Shown piece by piece: positions 27,176 through 37,678 of a stretch of DNA of 64,000 bases (position 1 is its first letter; every line of letters starts with the position of its first letter). The stretch spans positions 64,001-128,000 of the forward strand of contig CAWDSQ010000011.1 in NCBI GenBank assembly GCA_963804955.1, read 5' to 3'. Source of the stretch: an uncultured delta proteobacterium (GTDB taxonomy: Bacteria > Desulfobacterota > WTBG01 > CAIYCZ01 > CAIRTM01). The notes beneath the pieces are model-generated. The model saw only the letters and a program-made list of their open reading frames with translations. It ran no database searches and was not told the DNA's origin. Both the position numbers and the translations under genes were made by a program.

Positions 27176-27216
27176 TAAAAAGAGCGGTTGATGCATACAT
27201 GCCGCAACCGCTCTTC
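27176..27216 (-). terminator. Intrinsic terminator
   Basis: AAGAGCGGTTG...CAACCGCTCTT 11-bp stem; U-tract on minus strand. Confidence 0.7.
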
Positions 27217-27290
27217 GCAAGGCAGTATTTTAGGTGCGTCAGATTTTTCAGCTGTAACACTGTACGGCAAACGGCAGGTAAAAGACTCTT

Positions 27291-27505
27291 TTACTCGTCA
27301 ATAATAATGATAGCAGTTTCGGGACAGGCATCCCGGCAAAAGCCGCAGCAGTTGCAGACTATTCCGGCTTCTTCAATGACTCGCACCTTTTTTTTCCCGC
27401 TTCATCCTCTACAAGCTCCCAGAGCTCAAGGCCTTCAAAAGGTTATGGCGGGCCCGCTATTTTATCAGCAAAATGGATCATGTCTTTGAAATCGACCCGG
27501 GCCAT
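27291..27505 (-). pseudogene. Small 4Fe-4S ferredoxin-like gene (disrupted, absent from ORF track)
   Basis: Minus strand reads ...VRVIEEAGIVCNCCGFCRDACPETAIIIIDE*; AGGGGG RBS before ATG; internal TAA and A-run frameshift. Confidence 0.6.
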
Positions 27506-27927
27506 AGAAAAACCCCCTGAAAAAAGTCATTATGTTTTTTTTAAATTAAATTATATAAATTTTTACTTTTAAAAGCAATTAACTTTGCACGGTCTTTCCA
27601 ATATGCTACTAAATAATAGTAGCCTGAGTTAATATAGAGCATGAGTGGCAAGGGCAACTACTCCTATGCACGGGCTGAATTCTTTTTCCACACATTGTAA
27701 AGACCGAATTGTATTTTGAGGTTTATCAAACCAGGGCTGAAGCCAGAGAAAGCAACTTTGAATATATTGAGGTGTTTTACAACCAGGAGCGCAGGCATTC
27801 TGCTTTGAACTGTTTGTTCCCTATTCCTTTTGAACTGCTTCCAAAAGTCGCCTAACTGTGTATCTTGTTTTTGTGGGCAAGATCATCGATAGACTGAGGT
27901 GCCCTAACCACCAATTTAGGAGGAGGC

Positions 27928-29946
27928 ATGAAAATGCACCAAAGGATCCCGGGTTTATTGCAGCTACTGGTCTTAGCCATACTCTGTATGCCGCTGGCAT
28001 GTGTAAAGAAGGAAAAGATAGGGGTTATCTATATTCTTCATGGCGGCATGGATGAGTATAATCCGCAGTTTTTGTGGGATGCATCGGTCCATCAGTTTTC
28101 CTTCGACCAGAACCACCCCGTATACACGACGATAATCTGGAATTCAGTCTGGTGGCCAACGGTGTTGACATCTGAGGAGTCTGTTAAGTTTATCAGGAAG
28201 TATGCGTTTGAATACGAGCGCATTGGCGGAACCGATCCCTTCCAGAAGCTTTCCGATAAACAACTGTCCGATATGAAAGCCGCCCTGAACAAGAACACCG
28301 AGGGTCTTAAATTTGAAGTTGAGTTTGCCTCATGGATGGCAGGAGACCGCCCGGGCAACTATCCCTATCCACGGTTTCTGTACAACGGCCCCGGGGGCAA
28401 GATCCTGATAAATGCACCTACTGCGGCGAAGGCGAAGCTGGCGGGCCATGGGCTGGCTGCGATCCGGAGCGCTACAATATTGACGGACCGGTAGAGCGCC
28501 TTTTGAAAAAAGGGGTGTCCCGCATTATTGCCATTGACATGGCCGTGGGAGGAGTGCGCTTTTACAAGCCCTTTGATGTTGTTCAGATGACAAAACGGGC
28601 AATGCAGGACTATGACAACGGTAAAGGAACAACGGTGCCGCTCCTGTGGGTTAACGATTACGGCAATGTAATGGAGCGCTCCTATCCCCTGGAGCCCGAG
28701 GGCTGGACTGCTTTTTCGCCTACTCCGCCCACACTGGACAGCCACGTTGTATTAAACGGATGCCCAAATCCTGTTGCCGAAGACCCTGATTTGGCGCTTC
28801 TGCATGTGGAGGGAATAGAAGCAGGCATGTCTGGTGCTGTTAATGACGAGGACACCGCCGTGCTTTTGTTCAACCACGGTCTGTTCCGTGCGGCCCGGCG
28901 CTATTTTGATCCGAAGATAGATGACACCGTGGCGCTGAACAAAAACATCAAGGCCCTGATGCTTGAGCGGCATCCTGGAATACATCCCGATAATATCATA
29001 GGTGCCTTCGGCGGCGTCAGGGAGATAAATCCTGCAAACAATATCTATGAGCGCACACGGGAAATGCGCGGTGAAGACCTCGCGCACAGCTACCTGCATG
29101 AATCCGAACAGGACATGCCAGGCGACGAATGGGGTTACCGGTACTGGGATGCCCTTGAATATCTGAAAAACCGGGGCGTTAGGCACATTGTGGTCAGCTT
29201 TCCGCAGGTTGTCACCGATTCCGTTCTTACAATCAGTTGAGTACTATAATCAGATCGGAAAAGAGATCGGGACAAAGACGTGGCTCTACTCCGGCACAGG
29301 TGATTTCGAGACCTATCCAGGGGTGGGGCATCCTTTTGCTGATTACTGGGGAAACTGGGTGGATACTGACTGCGGAGGTGAAGCATGCTGTTTTGAAATG
29401 GGTGGATGCGACGACGGCAGGCCCTATCCTCCGCCGCGCCAGCAGCCCATAAATCAGGCCCTGCAGGACATGGACCCTTCTCTTGCCTATGATCTCAGCG
29501 ATTATGGCCACCTCGGCTATGACCCGGTAATAGGACCGCCCGACCCGAACGCTCCGGTCCAGGAGCAGTATACGGGGACCTGGTCGATGTATGTTCCGCC
29601 CGGCGATGATCCGAAGATGGGGAAGCTGCTTGCAAAACATGTGCTCAATGCGGTGACCAATCCCATGGTATATATTACCAACGGCGAAATTGAAAAAATA
29701 ACGGATAACCAGAGCATAACCTGGCAGGCGAACGTGGCAGGCGGGTACCCGGATTACCAATACGAATGGTCCATAAAGAAGGATGGTGCAGCAGACTGGA
29801 CAGCAGCGGGTGACAACAGTGCGTCCTGGACATGGACCCCTGCTTCAGGTTCAGCCGGAACATATGCAATTCGGTGCAAGGTGACCGATTCTAAAACACA
29901 TACCGGCGAGGTTACCTGGAAAGGGTTTGTTGTTTCCGGTTTGTAA
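27928..29946 (+). CDS. Uncharacterised lipoprotein with chelatase (ferrochelatase/CbiX)-like pattern and C-terminal Ig/PKD-like domain, two frameshifts
   Basis: AGGAGG RBS, lipobox MPLAC, IGVIYILHGG, LLKKGVSRII, LLFNHG, ALEYLKNRGVRHIVV, YQYEW...WTWTP...GTYAIRCKVTDS. Confidence 0.55.
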
Positions 29947-29978
29947 TAAATAAAACACTGTATTTTGAGGAGAGCATT

Positions 29979-30966
29979 ATGAAAAGGGAAGGATATCTCC
30001 GGGTCGTATCGTTTGCTGCGCTGCTCTGCGTTATGGTTGTGACTTTTCAGCAATGCAAGCCAAAAGAGCCGCCATTAAAGTCAATCCCCATGCAGATCGT
30101 TTCCGGGATTCCCATCTGGGTTGCCGGGGACAATGATACCGCAAGCCCGGATACCATCAAAGGCAGGGATCAGCTCGTTGACGCGCTGGATGCAGCCTTT
30201 GCCCGCGTTCTGGACAGCGGAAAATTCAGGGAGATCATTAACAGCGATCCGGTTGCCGGGCCTCTTGTCATCAACATCGGGGACTGCTATCCAAGAATAA
30301 CGGATGACGGGGACGAAATTTACCCGTTTCCTGAAAATCCGACCGGGGTTCTTGCAACCATACTGGCCGGCAAAAGGATCAGATTGGGTACTGTTCGATG
30401 TGGTCAACACGCCGGGCACTTTTCATGTCTTTGATGATTTCAACCCCGCTCTCATGCGGGCAATTATCGATGAGCTTGGCAAGGGATACGGCCTCCCACC
30501 CTCTCCCGACCCGGGCGCACTCCAGATAGTCCCGGTCCTGATATCGCCGCCGAGCAGCAGTTTAGTGTTTACTGGATTGAATAACGGCGACTATGACATT
30601 ACCGACTTTCTCGGGGCGCTGGGAGCAACGGCGTCAGTCAACGGGGTGGAGGCGAGACGCAGGAAACTGGCACGTTTCACCTGCACTGCCTTTGGCACCC
30701 CGTGGTACATTCATGTACGAAATGATTCAACATACAACACATTCGATGATGTCGTGGCGGACACGACCGCTGACATATGCGTGGGGCAGCTTTCCGCACG
30801 GCTCTCAGAGGACTATTTTAAAAACGCCAAAAGCATAACGCAGGTATTTGAAGAAGATGACCTGGTAAAGTGCAGCGAGGGGGTCATGGACGGGACCTAC
30901 GATGCCTATCTGCACTTTGACCCTGTGCCGTATTGCGACAATGCTACCGGTAGAGCCGGGAAATAG
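29979..30966 (+). CDS. Putative solute-binding (type 2 periplasmic binding fold) lipoprotein, one frameshift
   Basis: Signal ending TFQQC; ILAGKRIRLG, FTGLNNGDYDI, EGVMDGTYDAY recall amino-acid SBP motifs. Confidence 0.45.
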
Positions 30967-30998
30967 ATACCGCCGCTTTGCGAATCAGCACATGATTT

Positions 30999-31032
30999 GA
31001 AAAAAGGCCGCGGGAGCACCTGCGGCCTTTCT
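30999..31032. terminator. Intrinsic terminator
   Basis: AAAAAAGGCCGC...GCGGCCTTTC. Confidence 0.65.
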
Positions 31033-31426
31033 ATTATCAAACGGATACATTCTCCTTAAACTTTGGGAAAAGCAGGATAGCGTGCTCTATTTTTATCAGA
31101 CGAACGCACAACATCACCTCCAACATACGGGGGCTGAATATGCCTTATAACAATCCATATACATTTCGCATACGATCGAACATTGATAAGTATCCGCACT
31201 GGTCATATGTCAAAGCCGATCCCGATTATCCCGGACTGCGCGCCGTGCCGCAAAATTCTGCTGGATTAGCATCGAAGGCCGCCCTTAAAACTGAGGCTCC
31301 GCCGTCCCGGTGCATCAGCCGGGCATTACCGGTTTTCTTTCATTAAAAAATCCATGCACGACCCGCTGCCTTAGTATATATTATATACAGGTGCTGTGTT
31401 TCTAACCTGGAAAGGAGGAATACTCT

Positions 31427-31648
31427 ATGTCGAAGCAGACACTTTTCAGACAGCAGCGAAAAATTGAAGCGCTGCACAAAATAGCGGCCTCCGTCGAAGG
31501 GGGCAGGAAAAATAAATTCAATTATCTGAAGGCCCATCGCTTTAGCCTTGACAGGCCCGTGAGGGGTTTTTCAACCGAGCGCGGCATGAGCCGGTATCAG
31601 ATCCATGATTACCGGACACTGCTCCGCAGGAGCAATCAGGAGCTCTGA
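31427..31648 (+). CDS. Small basic hypothetical protein
   Basis: AAAGGAGG RBS well spaced from ATG; 73 aa, R/K rich. Confidence 0.55.
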   Translation: MSKQTLFRQQRKIEALHKIAASVEGGRKNKFNYLKAHRFSLDRPVRGFSTERGMSRYQIHDYRTLLRRSNQEL

Positions 31649-31742
31649 CCTGCGCGGGAGCGAACGCGCTTGCATGATGTGAAAAACTGCGGGCTGAAGC
31701 CGTGCGGAAAGAAGTATAAACTATAGACTATGAGGTCATTGT

Positions 31743-32087
31743 ATGAAATGCATACATTGCGTGGTAACTGCCGGGTTATTGTTCTGCTGTCTGGCAATTC
31801 CGGGCATAGCACAAAGCGGGGATACACAGGGCGCCACAGGGAAAAAAGTTCCGGCTGGCGCAACGGGGAGCCTGGGATCACGGGGGCGTTACCGGGAAAG
31901 CACCTGTGGGCGCAATGGGGAAGGCACCTGTCGGCGCAATGGGGAAAGCGCCTGTTGGCGCAACAGGCAGCCTGGGATCCGGGAGCGTTACCGGGAAAAC
32001 AGCCCCGCGTGGCGTCATGAGGAGGGTGAATACGCAAGCGGCAGTAAGAAGGATAGTGATGAGATGGAGGAGGACAACACGGAATAA
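31743..32087 (+). CDS. Secreted low-complexity protein with 24-bp repeats
   Basis: Signal peptide ...IPGIAQS; GKAPVGAM repeats in shifted frame; acidic tail. Confidence 0.45.
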   Translation: MKCIHCVVTAGLLFCCLAIPGIAQSGDTQGATGKKVPAGATGSLGSRGRYRESTCGRNGEGTCRRNGESACWRNRQPGIRERYRENSPAWRHEEGEYASGSKKDSDEMEEDNTE

Positions 32088-32256
32088 CTTCCCCCGGCAG
32101 CCCATGATTCGCTCCGCCGCAGGCCGCGGGAGAGGGCAGACACGGGATAAAAATGCCAATCCGCTTTTTCTGCGGCAAGATTAACATCATGGGAGGAAGC
32201 CGTTGTGAAAAACGGTTGCATGCCGGCCTGGAAAACAAAATTCGCACCTGCTCTCT

Positions 32257-32496
32257 TTGCACTATGCATTGCTGTACATTGCCAAAACGGACGGCATCAC
32301 CGATATAAACAACCTGCCCGGCGGTGACGGCGATCCCAGCGCGTCCACCCTGCCGCAAAAGGAGGCCAACCTGGCCATCGCCAGACTTACCGGCATGTTC
32401 CTGCGTGCGTATCTGTACAACGATGCCGCTGGCCGGAACTATATCTATAATGCCGGGGGACGCAGCGACCCCGCTGTTTCACTGGAGACGCAGTGA
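32257..32496 (+). pseudogene. C-terminal remnant of an alpha/beta-hydrolase-like protein
   Basis: GITDIN...IARLTGMFLRAYL resembles chlorophyllase-like C-terminus; no N-terminus. Confidence 0.3.
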
Positions 32497-32545
32497 TTGC
32501 GGATTAAACACAGACCTGCCGGTACAGCTGTGAAGCAAAAAAGCT

Positions 32546-32752
32546 ATGGGCAGTGAATCTTCGCTACTATGGGGAATGGTGTTGGGTGCATTCGGGCTCG
32601 GCTATTTCATATATGGCAAAAAGCAGAAAATGATTATGGCGCTCATCTGCGGCATGGCGCTAATGGTGTATCCGTATTTCATCACCAATGCGATTGCCAT
32701 GGTGTGTATCGGCATAGTTCTTTTGGCTGTTCCCTGGTTTATACGATATTGA
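32546..32752 (+). CDS. Small membrane protein
   Basis: LLWGMVLGAFGLGYFIYGKKQ...LMVYPYF; three hydrophobic segments. Confidence 0.75.
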   Translation: MGSESSLLWGMVLGAFGLGYFIYGKKQKMIMALICGMALMVYPYFITNAIAMVCIGIVLLAVPWFIRY

Positions 32753-32936
32753 ATAAAATTGCAGCCCCTGGGTTAGGCAAAGAGCAGCATCTATGCAACG
32801 ACACACTATTGTAATTCCAGCAGGTCGGTGAACCCCGGCATTCAATTATTGAAAATAATCGGTGGGTCCGTCCTCTGTGGCGGACTGAACCCGCCTTTCT
32901 GACTGCGCCGCGGAGGTGAACCCGGTATTCGGCGGA

Positions 32937-33331
32937 TCATTTGGTTGTAACGGGCGGCATGACCGTCATTTTTGCCGGTCCCTTGCTGCCATGAATATTG
33001 CAGCTTGCTTCAGCCTCGATTGAAACGGGGGCGGCAGCATCAACGGGCACTTCCCTGGTGAAGACCTGCGCTTTCGGGTTTGTTCCTCCATGAAAATTCC
33101 CAGCGCGCAATTTCTTTGCCATCGGCGCTCACGCGCACCCACTCCGTGTGGTGCAGAAAGTTGTTGCCGCTGTGAGTAACGGTGCATTTTAATACCGCTT
33201 TGCCGTCTTCATTAGCTTGTGCCGACTGTTCAAGTGCAACCGATGGACTTGTTTGCCTGAGCAGGACCTGCCGCCAGCAGAAAAATTCCAGCCAGAAAAC
33301 ATATGCAACCTGCTTTACTGTGAATGCTCAT
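32937..33331 (-). CDS. Exported desulfoferrodoxin/SORL-like domain protein, frameshifted
   Basis: Signal peptide ...PAQA-NKS; VTHSGNNFLHHTEWV; ASCNIHG; AAGGAGG RBS. Confidence 0.65.
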
Positions 33332-33707
33332 ACGCGCCTCCTTTGATGTTGTTAGGGTATCACGATCGTAATCAGCGTACTTATACAATAGCATAAAAAA
33401 GGTGTTTTTATTCCGATGAGTCAAGATAGGCAGTGAGCTTTTCACAGCAGCACAATCGCTACGAACACGGTCTCCTTGAGCGCAGTGCCACACCAAAGGC
33501 GCACATGCAGATTGTGCTCAATTATGAGGCATGGTGTGCGGTGGAGGGGGCGGATTGACACAGGTGTTTTGGCGTATGATTCGTTCCGTTCAATCTTTTG
33601 CTTGACTTTTTGATTATATTTTTATACTTTATTATATATTTGTTAAAAATAAGATGTCGCAGCGTTACAGAGTGGCAAAAGGTCTTTTATGCTTAATTAA
33701 TATAAAT

Positions 33708-33920
33708 TACTCAACTTGACTGGCTTTTAACAGAATCATGGAAAATCCTTGTATTATTCTTGCCCGGCCAGCCTGTTCAGGGGCACAAAGCGTCGCAAGG
33801 GCGGTGCGAATGAATGTGCCGTATCACACAAAAAAGTGGTTTTATGAGCACTTAGCCCGACGCAAGCGGCGTGCCACTGAGCAGGCTGGCGCCAGCTTAA
33901 AAAGTCAGTCAAGTTGAGTA
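33708..33920. mobile_element. Fold-back MITE-like element
   Basis: TIR TACTCAACTTGACTGGCTTTTAA / TTAAAAAGTCAGTCAAGTTGAGTA plus inner IR GCCAGCCTGTTCAGGGGCAC / GTGCCACTGAGCAGGCTGGC. Confidence 0.7.
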
Positions 33921-33990
33921 AATTAGCTGGTCACGTCCGCCGAGGGTGCTGCACATGTCCAGTGAATTTCATCTTATAAGGGGAGGCATA

Positions 33991-34564
33991 ATGGCAAACA
34001 AAACTATCCGGAACTGGGAGCTGGCAGGCATACCCGTGATCTTTCTGACGGGGTCTGCCATGCATTTTGTGTTTGAACTTACAGGCTACTGGCCCCCGAT
34101 TGCGTGGCTGGTAGCGGTGAATGAAAGCGTATGGGAGCATTTCAAGCTCGCCTTCTGGCCCGCGGTCATATATGCCGCGCTGGAGTATGTCTTTGTCCGG
34201 AAATCCGCCAGCAATTTCTGGCTGGGCAAGAGCCTGGGCATTTTTTTCATGCCGCTTTTCATAGGAATAACCTATTACAGCTACATGGCCATTCTGGGGC
34301 AGTTTTGTCTGTGGATTGATATTGAAGCTTTTTTGCCGCCATCGTCATCGGCCAATTGATAAGCTTGCGCCTGCTGACCGGGGCCAAAGTGGGGACGGTC
34401 TGCAGCGGCTGGGAATCATCGGCATGTGGGCGATGATTGCGACCATTGCCGTGTTCAGCTATGCGCCGCCCCGCACCTTTCTGTTTAAGGATTATTACAA
34501 GGATGAGTACGGTATACTGCAGCAGTACGACAGGCCGGTTTTTTCCGCCGCGCAAAGCAAATAG
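33991..34564 (+). CDS. DUF6512-like membrane protein, one frameshift
   Basis: GSAMHFVFE, VNESVWEHFKLAFWP, FSYAPP..LFKD; GGAGG RBS. Confidence 0.7.
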
Positions 34565-34609
34565 CAGCCGGCCCGCGGGCAACCCGCCACTATTGAATAC
34601 TGACCGTTC

Positions 34610-34803
34610 TTCACCGCCGTACGCTATGGCGGACTCGAGACGCAGAGAACGCAGATGGAAGATATCTTTTTGCTTTCTGCTGAGAGGGCAGAAAGAAAAA
34701 AGAGTTGCCTCTTGTACTGAAAGGAGCTGTTTTTGTTTTTCGCCCTCTCAGCGAAAAACAAAGAACATGTTTATCTCTGCGCCCTCCGCGCCTCTGCGGT
34801 GAA
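34610..34803. repeat. TTCACCGC...GCGGTGAA palindromic repeat element
   Basis: GCAGAG/CTCTGC 9-mer arms; 29-bp core shared with 45788-45816. Confidence 0.6.
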
Positions 34804-34819
34804 GTTCTTCCAGCCTTCT

Positions 34820-36034
34820 CTAGCTCGCCTGTACGGCGGCACGGGTTTCTTCGATGAAGGCGCGCATGTCTTTCATGAGCACGGCATCGGGCTTGCAGCT
34901 CAGCACCATGCCGTCGAGATACATGAGGCTTTTGATGATGGGGAACATGCCGCGCTCGAACACCATGCCAGAGTCGATCCCCAGGCGTATCGTGTCCATC
35001 ATTTTTTTCGTCAGGCTCACCTGCGCGACCGTCGAGTCGGTAAAGTCGGCATAGAGGTCGACGAACTTTTTGCGAAATGCCTCGAAGCGCCCCCCCTCAA
35101 TTTCAACCTCCGACATTTTGTTCAGAAAATGGGCGCATTTGTCATAGTCGTACCAGGAAAGGGCCGCAAAAAATTCGAAGAGACCCTTGCGGATTTTCGG
35201 GCCCGCATGGCTGATGGCGCTGGTGTCGACAAAACATATTTTGCCGTCGTTGAGAATAATATTGCCGGGATGTATGTCGCCGTGGAAGGTGCCGATGACA
35301 AACATATAGAACCCGTGTATGTGGAAGAGCTCAAGCAGCTGCTGGTAGGAAAGCTCGCCGCGCTCCAGCAGCTCGTCGAATGTTTTGCCTTCGATAAAGT
35401 CGGCAACCAGTATCTGTTCCGAGCACAGCTCGCGGTGGAAATCGGCAAAGCGCAGGCGCGACAGGTCATAGCCGGTGCTGTTTTTATCGTAGATTGTCCG
35501 CAGCACATCCTGCCCTTTTATTTCATTGAGCAGGTTAAGCTCGGTGAGCGTGTAGTCTTCGATATTTTCAAGAACACCCACCGGGTCGGCCACCTTGGCA
35601 AGCTTGGGATAGAAAAAGATGCTGAATTTGAAGAGTTTTTTGACGCTGCGCACATCGGCAGTGAACTGCTCCCGGGCATCATATTTGACCAGCTTTATGA
35701 CAACCTCTCTGCCGTTTTTGAGCCGCGCCCGGTGCACCTGCCCCACCGATGCCGAGGCCAGGGGCGTGGTGTCGATATAGTCGAAGCGCTGCCTGAAATG
35801 GGAGTCTGTGTAGCGGTCAAGCAGCTTTTCCATCTGCTCGGGCGGCAGGCTCACGGCGCTGCGGTACAGGTGCGCCAGATGGCGGCAGGTGGCCTCGTTG
35901 AGAAAATCGATGCGCAGGGCGAACACCTGCCCGATCTTTACGGCAAGAAGGCCCTGCCGCTGTATGGCGTCAAGATCGGGAAGCTCTTTGCCGTAGATGT
36001 TTTTTATAAGCCTGATAAAGCCGATCCAGTTCAT
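34820..36034 (-). CDS. ABC1/UbiB/AarF family atypical kinase
   Basis: VKIGQ, PLASASVGQVHRA, VVIKL, FHGDIHPGN. Confidence 0.9.
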   Translation of the reverse strand: MNWIGFIRLIKNIYGKELPDLDAIQRQGLLAVKIGQVFALRIDFLNEATCRHLAHLYRSAVSLPPEQMEKLLDRYTDSHFRQRFDYIDTTPLASASVGQVHRARLKNGREVVIKLVKYDAREQFTADVRSVKKLFKFSIFFYPKLAKVADPVGVLENIEDYTLTELNLLNEIKGQDVLRTIYDKNSTGYDLSRLRFADFHRELCSEQILVADFIEGKTFDELLERGELSYQQLLELFHIHGFYMFVIGTFHGDIHPGNIILNDGKICFVDTSAISHAGPKIRKGLFEFFAALSWYDYDKCAHFLNKMSEVEIEGGRFEAFRKKFVDLYADFTDSTVAQVSLTKKMMDTIRLGIDSGMVFERGMFPIIKSLMYLDGMVLSCKPDAVLMKDMRAFIEETRAAVQAS

Positions 36035-36054
36035 AGGTGCGCCTCTGATTCAGG

Positions 36055-36948
36055 TTAAGAAAAACAGTAGTGCTGCCGCTGCCATGAGCAGAACATTTGC
36101 GCCCACTGCGCAGGTAACAAACAGAGCCCCAGACGCCGTGAGCCCGGCGGTGACGCCGTGCGCAGCGCAAGCATGCCTGCGAAGCAGGCCGCTGGCAGCA
36201 GGAGGACGGCTACAGTATAGTGCAGCGGGGCAGGGGAGAAAAGGAAAAAGAAAATAAGGCTTGCGCCGTTGAGCCCGATAATCGCGGGCTTCACCACCCC
36301 AGGCCCCAGCAGCACGGCAGCCGTGTGCTTGGAGCTGGCCCGGTCTGAAGGTTCATCGGGCAGGGCCGTCGCCATGGCGCAGGCAAGCTGGCAGGGCAGG
36401 ATGAAGGCCAGCAGATGCCAGGGGAAAGCAGCAAGCGAGCCTGCCTGCCCGTAATAGCCGAAGACAGGCAGCACCATGCCTACACCCAGCATTTGCAGCA
36501 GTTCGCCGCCGCCGCGGTAGGACAGGCGCACGGGCGGAAAGCTGTACAGCCATAAAAGCCCCAGCGACAGGGCGATAAACGGCAGGGCAAGCCCGCTCTG
36601 GAAGAATGCTGTCAGCGCAAGCCCGACAGCTGCGTTAAGAATAACGACCGTGAGCACTGCGGCATAATTTTCACGCACCGAAATGAGCTCGTTTACCAGT
36701 GTGCGGGAGCCGCCGGAGAATATGGTGAAGGTCGTGTTCAGGCGGTCTGTTTCAATGTCGGCCCGGTCATTGGCATAGACGATGAAAAGCTGAAGAAAAA
36801 GCCCGTACAGATGCAGCAGCAGAAAGACCGTCCAGTCAAGCTGGCCGGACAGGCCGAAGTGTAGGGCCTGCCCCAGCAGCAGGGGAAAGAAAATATAGGA
36901 CTGTGAGGGCAGGCGCGATGCCTGCAGCCAGGCCTTTATTTTGTGCAT
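36055..36948 (-). CDS. UbiA-family prenyltransferase (MenA-like)
   Basis: WLQASR, ANDRADIETD, FSGGSR, YSFPPVRLSYRGGGE, LPDEPSD..KHT. Confidence 0.85.
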   Translation of the reverse strand: MHKIKAWLQASRLPSQSYIFFPLLLGQALHFGLSGQLDWTVFLLLHLYGLFLQLFIVYANDRADIETDRLNTTFTIFSGGSRTLVNELISVRENYAAVLTVVILNAAVGLALTAFFQSGLALPFIALSLGLLWLYSFPPVRLSYRGGGELLQMLGVGMVLPVFGYYGQAGSLAAFPWHLLAFILPCQLACAMATALPDEPSDRASSKHTAAVLLGPGVVKPAIIGLNGASLIFFFLFSPAPLHYTVAVLLLPAACFAGMLALRTASPPGSRRLGLCLLPAQWAQMFCSWQRQHYCFS

Positions 36949-37666
36949 GCAGCCTCGCTTGCTGTGCGGTGTATGAAACGCCTGCCGTAAACGTAGGGAT
37001 AGAAGGCCGTGGCAACAAAGCCCGAGGAGTATCCGTACAGCAGCTCCTCAAGCGGCACGCCTGCAATAAATATATTCAAAAATTTCTCCGTATGCCAGAT
37101 ATTTTTGAAAAGCCCGGGCATGAGCGCTGCTGCTGCAAGGCACAGTAGAAAATAGGTTGCGGCTGAAATACAACCGCCAAGCAGTGCCGGAGCTGTAAGA
37201 TCGGGCCGCTGCCGGAGCATGGCAAGTGCTGCCGCAGCCATGGCCAGGCAGGCCCCATAAATTATCGGTATGCCGAAAGCGAGCAACAGCACGAGAAGGG
37301 CTCCGGTGAGGCCGAACAGCCCCAGCGCCCTCATGAAGCATGAGCGCGAAAGCGAGGCTGCACCATGCTGCCCGTAGGCGCGGTTGAAGCCGCAGGCATA
37401 GGCCGTTGTGGTGAAGGCTGCCAGACCGGTCACAAAAATGATATCCTCGATGCCGAAACCGATGCGCCGCCCCAGGTCAAACAGGAAAGCAGGCTCCCAG
37501 TAGGAGGGGTAGAATAAAAATTCGGTGCAGGCAAAGGGCAGAGAAAAGGGTATGACGCAGGCAATCACGCGGCGCAGGTCGGGCCGCGCAGCCCCTATCA
37601 GTATGCCCGGCAGGGCAAACAGCAGCGCCAGGGTCAGAAAATTCCAGGTCTGAAAAAATTGCAGCA
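36936..37666 (-). CDS. Lycopene-cyclase-domain membrane protein (two repeats)
   Basis: RPDLR and RPDLT repeats, GFGIEDIIF and GVPLEELLY (PxE(E/D) motifs). Confidence 0.7.
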
Positions 37667-37678
37667 TAGTCAGTGGAT

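Noticed and set aside
27263..27320. c-di-GMP-I riboswitch (GGCAAAC...ATGATAGC)
   Set aside because: Lacks the GAAA stem and CGCAAA junction; overlaps the ferredoxin-like gene on the other strand
34733..36058. Long antisense ORFs (also 51804-52586, 57979-58827, 25733-26743)
   Set aside because: Shadows of real GC-rich genes on the opposite strand; no motifs
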